From: Octopus bimaculoides
Taxonomy: Eukaryota
Length of the DNA: 64,000 nt
Assembly (NCBI RefSeq): GCF_001194135.2
Contig: NC_069000.1
Location: 7,113,372 to 7,177,371, forward strand
Reading direction: 5' to 3'
The notes under the pieces are model-generated. The model ran no database searches. It was given only the letters and a program-made list of their open reading frames with translations, and was not told the origin of the DNA. Positions 54,291 to 64,000 of this stretch are shown here, piece after piece. The translations under genes were made by a program, and so were the position numbers. Numbering within the stretch: position 1 is the first letter of the stretch; the number at the start of each line of letters is the position of its first letter.

Positions 54291-54829
54291 ATTGTATGTA
54301 CCATTTTGAATACAGGGATGCATTGGATATTGCAGTCCTAGGTAGACAATGTGTGAGAGGAGAATCGGACAGGCATGGCTAGAATGCTTTTGATTTCAGA
54401 TCAGAGTAGACCTGGGATTAAACCACAACTACAACAACCACAATAGCCACCACAACCAACACTACAACAACTGCACAAAAGAAAATAATAATAATAATAA
54501 AATAAAAAGAGAGAATATCAGATGATAAAATCAATTTTTTCCTGTTTTTATGTTTTATGTAGCGAAAATTTAGTAGAAAAGCTGGATGTCGGCATAAATG
54601 GAGAGATTTGATGTAAAGCTAGTTTTAGTCGAAATTGAAGAGTTCCACTCAAAGCTGTGCTAATTACAGTCGTTAGCAACATAATAAGAAGTTAGGAGAT
54701 TATACAGCACTGTTCTTCATATATCATTTAACATAGCAACATGGTTGTTACTGAGTGATTGAGTAACTAACTTTCTCTGGAAACTAATTATATTACACTG
54801 AACAAGCTAATAGTTTGAGGTCTTCCCAA

Positions 54830-55500
54830 CTGTTCCACCACCACCACTACCATCACTATTATGACATCTACTACACAAACACCACCACCAGTAACTATTA
54901 CCATACAGTATCTAGTATATCACCAGTATAATACCACATCTACCACCACAATATCACCACCAACACCAAACTACACAACAGCTGTACCACATCTACCATA
55001 CCACCACAGCTCACTACCATGCTAAACCAGCACCACCAACCCCAAAACTTCAACAGTACCAGGATCACTGCACTATACCACAAACACTACCACGCTATAC
55101 AACTACTATCACTACACACAACACCATGCTACATCACCACCACTACATGATACCGCTACCATTACCACCACTGTCATCACCACCACCACCACCACACTAT
55201 ATCACTGTCTCCACCACTACCACACTATATCACTGTCTCCACCACTACCACACTATACCATTACTATCACCACCACTACCACACTATGCCACTATCACCA
55301 CTACCACACTATGCCACTATCACCACAACCACCACACAATACCACTACTATTACTACCACCACCATCACACTATTACTATCACCACCACCACCATTACAC
55401 CATATCACCACCACCACCATCACCACCATCACACTAGATCACTATCACCACTATCGCCATCACTGCAACACTATATCAACACCACCATCACACTATCAGA
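54830..55500. repeat. ~670-bp degenerate (CAC/TAC/CAT)n trinucleotide tract
   Basis: Source of the His/Thr/Pro-rich pseudo-ORFs 55126-55508. Confidence 0.9.
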
Positions 55501-55963
55501 CTGACTAAACCATCTATGCAAATCAAAAATGAAAAATGATTCGAAATTTAGATGTTCCCAACTTGCTAGAAGAGAGACAGAGAGACTGAGAGAGTGAGGG
55601 GGATGTATGTGTGTGTGACAATGCAACCATTAGCAATAGCNNNNNNNNNNNNNNNNNNNNNNNNNNNNNNNNNNNNNNNNNNNNNNNNNNNNNNNNNNNN
55701 NNNNNNNNNNNNNNNNNNNNNNNNNNNNNNNNNNNNNNNNNNNNNNNNNNNNNNNACCACCACCACCACCACCTGCCACTCACAGACAATCCTCTTTGCA
55801 AGCAGTATAGATTCTTCAGTTTATTAAGTTATAAAAAGATATGATGATAAGAGAAACTGTCATACAATAGCATGTGGCTGCTGCTGATGATGGTGATGGT
55901 GATGCTGGTGATGATGTTGGCAGAGCCTCCACTGTAGTAACATATGGAGAGGTAAGAGGAGAG

Positions 55964-56012
<49 letters not shown>

Positions 56013-56427
56013 GAGAGAGGGAATGAGGGAAGCAACATCACATCACACCCTACACCCCGTCATACAACCACACTACCCCAATCCTCAAACAAACAGAAAT
56101 ATTAACCAGTGAAGAGAAAGGAAAGTAAATGCAGGGAAGCGGGGGGGGGGAGTGGCGACGGCGGTGGTTNNNNNNNNNNAAGGAAAGTAAATGCAGGGAA
56201 GCGGGGGGGGGGAGTGGCGACGGCGGTGGTTGGAAGACTCCCTGCAGGTATGATGTGTACTGGGCAAAAGATACAGCATAAAAGAGGTTCTAGCATTCAT
56301 ATTTTACTGTGTGTGTATGAATGTGTGTGCATTTGAAGGTGTGTGTGTGTATGTATATATATATATATAAATTACACACACGTGTGTGTGTATGTGTGTG
56401 TGTATATATATATATATAAATTACACA

Positions 56428-56467
<40 letters not shown>

Positions 56468-56887
56468 AGAGGAGTATAATACAAGCATACAATATTTATA
56501 AATATATATACTCCAAATGTGTGTGTGTATATCTAACATCAACATAAAATGATTGAGACAGAAAGACAGACAGACAGACAGACACAAGAAAAGTTTAGCC
56601 ATCACTTGCAAGGAAGTGTGGCTTGGTAGTTTATACCTTGCTCACTAAATGTTTTAGGCACCTAAATAGTTGTGAGCAGACATTGATACCGTCTTGGCCC
56701 TTCCACACCCTTGACCTGGCAGAAACTGAGACTGTGACAGCTGCAGGGAGGGGGAGGAGAGAGAGAGAGAGATGCACCACAAGTTGATTGCTACTCAATT
56801 TTCAATTGAGCAGACAGGAGCAAGGTGGAAATCCTCTCATCAGCCTTGAGAACCAGAATCCATGTAGTTTCAGACTAAAGCCAAAGA

Positions 56888-56937
<50 letters not shown>

Positions 56938-57086
56938 CAAACCCACAAACATCCACTAAGTGATCATAGTAATCCGCAATAAGAACACTTTAATAGAAAG
57001 AGTAATAATACTTAGTGTTTATTGTATTCATGGTCAAGCTGTGGTGACTCTTCTGTGATTCACAATTGTAGATGTCTCTGCCCAGT

Positions 57087-57586
57087 GACTAAGGCCATTG
57101 TTGTTGTTGACAGTGAGAAGTGCAAACAGCAGGTGTGAAGACCACTTTTTATAGCCTTTCGGCAAGAGCACAAGATTGACAGTTGAAAATCAGCCCCTGG
57201 AAGCCAATAAAGTACCTAGAATCTATGACTGACAACAACCCTGCTAGGACCAGACTTGGTGCTGATCTCAAAGATTTCCAGATATGATCACACTGACAAG
57301 GCCACAGTACACAGTGGCAGTGAAGGTATGCCAAAACAACAGGTGGTAGGCAAGGAATGTGATTCTACTGAGGTGGGATGCAAAAAGTTTGTAGGTCAAT
57401 CATGCCATAGAACTGACAATGCACTGGGCATCTCAAGGCCAGCTGGAAAAAGAACAAAAAGGTAGCCACTGAAATGATAGAAATTGTGTTGAAGTGCCTG
57501 TGTTAGCTGACCACAAGCCAAGGTTGTCAAATTAATGAGAAACTCTAAAATTCCAATGCCCTCAGGTAACATCATTGACAAAAGGG

Positions 57587-57588
<2 letters not shown>
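57087..57588 (+). mobile_element. 3' remnant of a HERO-type non-LTR retrotransposon (restriction-like endonuclease clade), frameshifted
   Basis: Across frameshifts it reads ARAQD*QLKISPWKPIKYLESM / TTLLGPDLVLIS / STEVGCKKFVGQSCHRTDNALGISRPAGKRTKR. This parallels the recalled HERO C-terminus (ARDWQL.VDL..QLKFP..I..T.LRPD.VL.S ... PIEVGCRGF.GQSL.RAY..LGITG). The end ccaatgccctcaggtaacatcattga resembles the HERO 3' UTR. Part of it is ORF 57256-57465. Confidence 0.72.
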
Positions 57589-57641
<53 letters not shown>

Positions 57642-57655
57642 TAGATAGATATATA

Positions 57656-57840
57656 TGGGAGAATGTACGAAAAAAAAACAACAGACGAGGACAGGTGGTG
57701 TAAACAACAAAAGGATGTATTAGTTTGATGCTCGGGAATACAGAAAGTCTTTAATGTTTCGAGCTACGCTCTTCAACAGAAAGAATACGGAGAAAACCAG
57801 GAGAAAAACACGGACAAAAAAAATAGAGAAAAAAAATTCA
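57656..57840 (-). mobile_element. Short Penelope-related (hammerhead-bearing) non-autonomous repeat abutting a (TA)n tract
   Basis: CpG-richer ~185-bp segment starting directly after the (TA)n/(TAGA)n run (57589-57655) and carrying the hammerhead motif. Boundaries are approximate. Confidence 0.45.
57748..57784 (-). ncRNA. Minimal type I hammerhead ribozyme motif of Penelope-like-element type (variant core)
   Basis: Minus strand: TCTTT-CTGTTGA-A-GAGC-GTA-GCTC-GAAA-CA-T-T-AAAGA. This gives a 5-bp stem I, a CUGnUGA core, a 4-bp stem II, GAAA, a 1-bp stem III and a UH site. Deviations: A6 is U, and the palindromic ACGU loop reads ACAU (CpG decay). Activity is untested. Confidence 0.55.
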
Positions 57841-58257
57841 GCTAAAAAGGATGAAGGTTGATGACAGGAAAGGCTTCAATAAATTCTGTCTTATATACAT
57901 AGGTCTGCTTAATTAAGGTTGATCTGGGGTTCATCAACAACACTGCCCTCAGTTTCTTGTCCACCGTCTCCACTGGTTGTGGGACTATCTGTCCATGTTG
58001 GCTAATTATAAGATTGAATAGGAAGGACCTGTGATCAGAGGATTACATTACAACTCAACAAAAATAGAAGACCACCACAACTACTAACAACCCCAACCCA
58101 TCCATATGGCCACCACTATCCACACACACACACACACACACACACACAAATAGCTATAAAAAAAATAGAATTTTTGTTTTGAAGCTCTATCCAGCTTTTC
58201 CCATGAAAGTCAGTCTAGATTAGATTTATCTTCTAAAGGATCTATACACAGCTACTA

Positions 58258-58324
<67 letters not shown>

Positions 58325-58858
58325 GAGACGGTGAGGAAAAGAGAAGTGAGAGAAGGAGGAGAGATGTGGAAATACATTAAAATATAGCATATTATATATT
58401 TGATGAAAGTCAAAGCAAATGCTTTTTATCTGACAATTGAACTGTTTCTAATTATCGTTCCATATATCCTGACTATTATATGCCTGCCGATCAAACAGAC
58501 TCTCTTCCTCCGCCTCCTCTTCTTCTTTCTCCTCCGTGTCCTAGCAACCAACCAGTGTTGCACATCCACTACACCTGTCTACAATCCAAACTCCTGTTCA
58601 TGCAACCAGGAGTTAGTCGATACTCCTTGTTCATTGATCTGCCATGACTGACTGTGCAGAACAAGGTCACATGTTTAGAGGGGATGGTCACTACTCAATT
58701 GTGTCTACCCAAATACATACATACACAACAAAGAAAACTACATAGTCACTGAACCTGCTAGAAATAGGAATCAAATTTCCTTTCTATCACATCTTACTAT
58801 CTTGAAAAACGAAAAGATATATATACTCTTGATCTGAACAAAAAAAGAGACAGTCAAG

Positions 58859-58924
58859 GCTGGAATGTCTTGATAGGTCTCCTCAATCAAAGCTGGAATG
58901 TCATTATAGGTCTACTCAATCAAA
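58859..58924. repeat. 33-bp tandem duplication
   Basis: gctggaatgtcttgataggtctcctcaatcaaa / gctggaatgtcattataggtctactcaatcaaa. Confidence 0.9.
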
Positions 58925-59141
58925 AATTATATGCGGTTAAATGTCAACTGGCATTTGCTTCATTGATGCATGTTACACACACACACACACACACACTGAA
59001 AACCAAAGAAACTAAGCTGGATTTGAACTAAGAACAAAGTATTATGAAACCAAAAGTCTCATACTTTTCACACCACATCACAATTTAGGTGAGGAGGAGA
59101 ATATATGTAATTGAACTGTCTATAGTTCTTTATTACGACTC

Positions 59142-59326
59142 CATATCTAGTGTGACATACACTGCATTTAGTCCAGCATGGATCGATTTAGTCTGATGCA
59201 CTGTGCATCTACCCTGACACACTGTGCCATCTAACCTGACACACTGTGCATCTAGTCCGATACACTATGCATTTAGTTTGCTGCACTGCGCATTTAGTCA
59301 GACCTGTTCTGCATTTAGTCCAACAC
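59142..59326. repeat. ~21-bp degenerate minisatellite (cactgtgcatctagtctgaca), ~8 copies
   Basis: Repeated cactgtgcat(c/t)tagtc units visible. Confidence 0.8.
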
Positions 59327-59419
59327 AAGGTACCATTTATCTGGCAGTAATGCTTGCTTTTAACTATCACATGATGCCAAGAAAAGATACACACATACAC
59401 ATATATACAGTTTAATTTT

Positions 59420-59560
59420 CCATCTACCAAACTCAGCCACAAGCTGTTGGATGGCCTGGGGCTATAGAAGAAGACACTCGCTCAACATGCCATGCAGTGG
59501 ACCTGAACCTAAAACCATGTGGTTGGGAGGCAAACTTAACCACACAGCCACACCTGCAAC
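59420..59560 (-). mobile_element. SINE family B head fragment
   Basis: gctatagaagaagacact..gcagtggacctgaacc..accatgtggttgggag..aaccacacagccacacctgc. Confidence 0.7.
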
Positions 59561-60459
59561 AATGTATATCATCAGCCAAATACTCTAACTACTAAGCCAC
59601 GTGCATTCACCACACACGCTCAGATAGATATCAATATATGTGTATGAGTGATTGTGAGTGTGTGTGTGTATGTGTGTGTATACACCATACACACACACAC
59701 ATTAGCTACTATTGAGTATGGTGTTGTATAATCCTTCAATATATATGAAGTGATGAAGAAGATATAAATAAATAACAGATCTACCTCAGAGAATTTGGCA
59801 GCCATCCAGGCTGAGGTGGGGAGGGAGGAGTAAGGAAAGATGGTGGTGGTGGTGGACTGAGAAATAATTAATCTACACAAAATAAGTGAGACGACAGAAT
59901 AGTTTCATTCCACTAAAAATATGAAAGGTTAACTGAAAGTGTGTTCATGAACAAACACTAAACATATACGAACATATATACGCACACATCAATTATACAT
60001 ATACACACTTTAAATAGATACATACCCATACACACACTAAACATAAACATACCCAAACCAAACATATACACAGACATACACACACACTGAGCACAATCAT
60101 GCTAAACATATACACACACCTAGCATAGGTGGTAGTAAACTTGAACATTCTGCATAACAGTGCAACAAGTGTTATGTCTTTTTCTATAATTAAATGCCCT
60201 TTCTCTTACACATCATTGGACCAAGTAACAGCTGCACTTGTCAGCCAAGCAGACTGATATCATAAGAGTAATGTCCCCTTGCTATAGAGGGTGATCCATG
60301 GAGACCTAAAGTCCATATAGCCACAACACCCTTCACCACCACCATAAACTGCTGGTATCTTCCATCTCACGAACTCATTAATAACATATCAACTGGTGGT
60401 CATTCAGCTTCACAGCACATTTCCACTTCCAAGAGTGGAAACAACTACAACAACAATCC

Positions 60460-60560
60460 TTTCTATATTAAGGCACAAGGCCTGAAATTGCGGGGAGGCG
60501 GACAGTCGATTACATTGACCCCAGTACTCAATTTATTGGCTCTGAAAGGATAAAAGCAGA
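60460..60560 (-). mobile_element. SINE family A 3' fragment
   Basis: atcctttctatattaaggcacaaggcctgaaatt..gtcgattacattgaccccagtact. Confidence 0.65.
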
Positions 60561-60894
60561 GCAATTCTTGTGTAGATAACACCCACTGAAGCAGAAATAC
60601 ACGTAAACAACTGCTTACTTAGTCTCTAGACAAACTGTCTTTTCCTTAATGGCATTTAACTTCTGAAATGTTGAGTGTTGAGATTATTTCCCTTGCTCTT
60701 TTGTTGTTGGTACCAATTGCCACCAAGCAATTGGTCTACATATCTCCAGAATCAGAGATAATTACAATAAATCAATACTTTATATTGTACATTATTTAAT
60801 ATAGTCTTATACATCTGTTGTTCAAATACATGCAACTGGCTGTGTTTGACTTTCTTGTCCAAAGCGTTCCTTAACTCAATATGAAGGGAATGAC

Positions 60895-61070
60895 CGCTTT
60901 GGTCATGAATGACCATGGGAATGTACCTAGAAAGCTTCCCTCCAAAGCACAATTCCGGGAAAGGTTGTTTATGGAAGATCAGCAGTCGTCCATGCATACC
61001 AGCCTCCTCTCTCCGCACCACTGATGTTATCCAAGGGAAAGGCAAAGGCCAATAGAAATTGGCATGAGTG
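60895..61070 (-). mobile_element. SINE body fragment homologous to 3510-3655
   Basis: The reverse complement shares gcctttgcctttc..ggagaggggagactggtatgcatgg..aaacaaccttgccc..ttctaggtac. Confidence 0.7.
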
Positions 61071-61282
61071 ACGTTGATATTTACACATTATTAATTATAG
61101 CTTCATCTGCTTAGAGAGCCACCATTCCCAAAAGAATCATCTTATGCTCTTTAAGTTTAAAAATTCTTATGCTGGACAGAATTCAAAATTGACCTCAGAT
61201 TTGAACTTGGAACTCGTTATTCCATCTAACCTCAATATTTCATCATAAAATAAATCCTATCTCTCTCTTTCTCTCTCATCTC

Positions 61283-61335
<53 letters not shown>

Positions 61336-62206
61336 TTGTGTTTGTGCGCGTGTGTCTGTGTGCGTGTGTAAATCATATACAAGTCTAAGGGAGATAATTA
61401 CACAGTTTCCGTATTGTCTGTCTTGAGTCTAAATGAAATCCACTATAATCCTCTTTCATAAAGCGCACGCGCGCACACACTAATATTTGAGGCAGTTGGG
61501 GCAGACTCATTGCCAGGGTTGGGATCAACTAACGAATGATTGTCTCAAAATGGCGTTTATAATATCTAATGGCATCTCCACTAAAATCTTAGCTTTTTAA
61601 TTTATACCACATTCCTCTTTCCCCACTTCTATTTGTCTTAACGGACAACCTGGTCCAATCTACAAAAGGATTAGGTTTGGCTTTTCCTATGTTGGCTTTC
61701 TCTGCATAATGATACTACTGGGAGAATATATGCACAGACACTATTATAACAACACACATATACACATACATACAGCCACTCACACACACGCCGCTACAGT
61801 ATCATACATGCATATATACTGTTACACAATCACACACACATACATGTTATAGTATCACATGTTATAGTAAGTAGCTTGACAAAAAAAAATCTTTTACTGT
61901 TTTAAGAATGAATTTTTCTTCCTCCCCCACTTTCTTGACATCAATTTTCAATATAATAATTCAGATTTTTTTTTTTTAATTAATTTAACATCTTGCAGGT
62001 AACCTGAGTTTTTGGTTGTAATGTTGTGAAAATGTGTAGTCAATTGATTAGAGAATTCAGTTCATATAGTTGTAGGTTCAATTCTTTGAGTGGGTGGCAC
62101 ACAGTCTTCTTTTAAGTAAGGCAATATTTCACCTTGCTCCAATCAATTCCGCACACGAGTACCAGCTTAGCACTAGTACAGCTATCTCTGTGTGTGTGTG
62201 TGTGTG

Positions 62207-62250
<44 letters not shown>

Positions 62251-62419
62251 GGTGAAGGGTAGGTATGGGCCATGAAAGTATTTTGGTCTGCTCTCAACTA
62301 TATTGGTTTCCTAAAACACTCATTGAAAGCATGGTGTATGCTACCAAGTCATACTTCCTTGTGAGTGACAGCTATGATTTGGTTAAGAAAATATTTTAAA
62401 TCAGAGAACAAAGCGAGTC

Positions 62420-62720
62420 ATACTGGCACTCCATCGGTTATGATAAGGGTTCCAGTCAATTTGATCAATGGAACAACCTGCCCTCGAGATTAATGTGCAT
62501 GTGGCTGAGTACTCCATGGTCAGGCTTATCCTTCATGTAATTCTCAGAGAAATTCAGCATGACACAAAATGTGACAAGGCTGGCCTGGTGAATTACAGGT
62601 ACAACTAATTTTTGCCAGCTGAGTGGACTGGAACAACATGAAATGAAGCATTTTACTTGAGGACAAAACGTACTGCCGGGAACTGAACTGATAACCTTAT
62701 GATCATAAGCCGAAGTGATC
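62420..62720 (-). mobile_element. Near full-length SINE family C
   Basis: Reverse-complement homologue of 14307-14626. Confidence 0.75.
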
Positions 62721-63949
62721 AAAAACAGGGGGTGGGGGCTGAAGAACCCCTGGCAGGGAACATGCAAAAGTAGCAGCCAACAGAACCTGATGGAGAAAGC
62801 TTCCTGCACAATGCATTCTGCAGTGCAGGAGGACCTAAATTTTATGTTAATTGACTGTAATCATTTTGATCTTAATGAATTTATGGAGTAACATTTATTA
62901 AGAACAGCAAAGAAAAACCTTCACGTGATTCAGAAGAAAATTTGATTTTAAACGTCAAAACACAGCTTGTTGCTGTATAAAGTCTAAAGAAACAAAGAAG
63001 CAGCTATTCTCACATTGCACAGACCAACCCTGAATACTTGCAACACAGTGGGATCCCAATAAAGGTACTCAAGCACCTTTATTGAGGTCCTATTGGGGTC
63101 CAAGCAAGAGAATTAAACAGAATGACAGATTAAGTCTATGGATCCAGGAACTTGAATGGTTCAGTTCTTCCAATGATCTTCTATACACTTTAGGTGTCTA
63201 CCAAATTCCACTTGCGAGAATTCAGTTGATCTAGGACTAAGGCAGAACACAAGTTGCCACGCAATGAAATTAAACCCCAAAATGGTGTAGTTGCAGAGTT
63301 TTAACTAGAACCATGCCTACATATCTTTATGTAAACTTTAATAGTGTCTACAGACAAGAATCATTCAATAATAGTCATACACGAGAATCCTCTTCACAGT
63401 GACAGGTATTTCGTTTCCCAAACACACCAACATAAATACAAGCGCACTTGTATACATACACACACAGAGAGAAACACATACTGTGTATGTGTGTAAGTAG
63501 TAAGGAAGATACATATACATGCATATATACAGAAATTTGAATTGTGAGAAAATGGAATTCTTAAAATAGAATTATCTACAATAAAAATGATATTACATCA
63601 TATTTAATTTAAGATGGCATTTCAAGCTATTCCAATATCAATAGCAAATGGATGTAGATGTGAATGTGTGTCCATGTGTATGTATGTACACACACACACA
63701 ATATACATTTACATATAGAGCCAGAAATATATTTTCATACAGTACAAGGCAATTAGAAAATAGAATAGGAATACACAATTATAGAGAGGAAGACAGCAAA
63801 TGTGTGTATATATAGACATAGAGGTGAATGAAGTACAACTGTTGAGAGACAGCTGAGAAGTGTATATACATAGAGTAAGGAGTAATTATTGAGAAGATAG
63901 TATATACTATGGTGCGGAGAACCTAACTGATCATGCTCATATATGTATG

Positions 63950-64000
<51 letters not shown>

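Noticed and set aside
55126-55508. His/Pro/Thr-rich ORFs resembling histidine-rich proteins
   Set aside because: All three frames are open because of a (CAC/TAC)n tract; no splice or start evidence.
56118-56230. Direct duplication of ~50 bp on both sides of a 10-N gap
   Set aside because: Typical unmerged contig overlap (assembly artefact).
58590-58617. Hairpin AACTCCTG...CAGGAGTT
   Set aside because: An 8-bp stem is too short for a pre-miRNA and plausible by chance.

Overview
Eukaryotic, AT-rich, repeat-dense genomic DNA with 11 N-gaps, long (TA)n/(CA)n/(GA)n microsatellites and many short tRNA-headed SINEs. The repeat repertoire resembles what I recall from Octopus (coleoid cephalopod) genomes; the species is an inference. 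Almost all ORFs in the supplied track are microsatellite or gap artefacts. The one credible gene signal is absent from the track: a minus-strand 91-nt coding exon (36288-36198, MSFNNIYTSATDGYLFPAYSTNMHAFYPFQ+G, perfect GTAAGT donor). Its YPFQ|G end matches the sequence just before the paired domain in Pax3/7 (gooseberry-type) proteins. A candidate frame-preserving 18-nt micro-exon (33852-33835, DLSNKQ) follows. No paired-box exon was found further left, so 1-33834 would be one large intron and 37-64 kb upstream intergenic DNA. The putative promoter lies in a ~10 kb CpG-retaining domain inside CpG-depleted flanks. Other notable items: two Penelope-type minimal hammerhead-ribozyme motifs (one near-intact, one as a palindromic dimer), a 390-bp array of 5'-splice-site-like motifs, a HERO-type LINE remnant, a Helentron-associated element, a hAT MITE with exact TSD, RTE LINE fragments and several minisatellites. 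No prokaryotic systems, rRNA, genuine tRNA or CRISPR arrays are supported.
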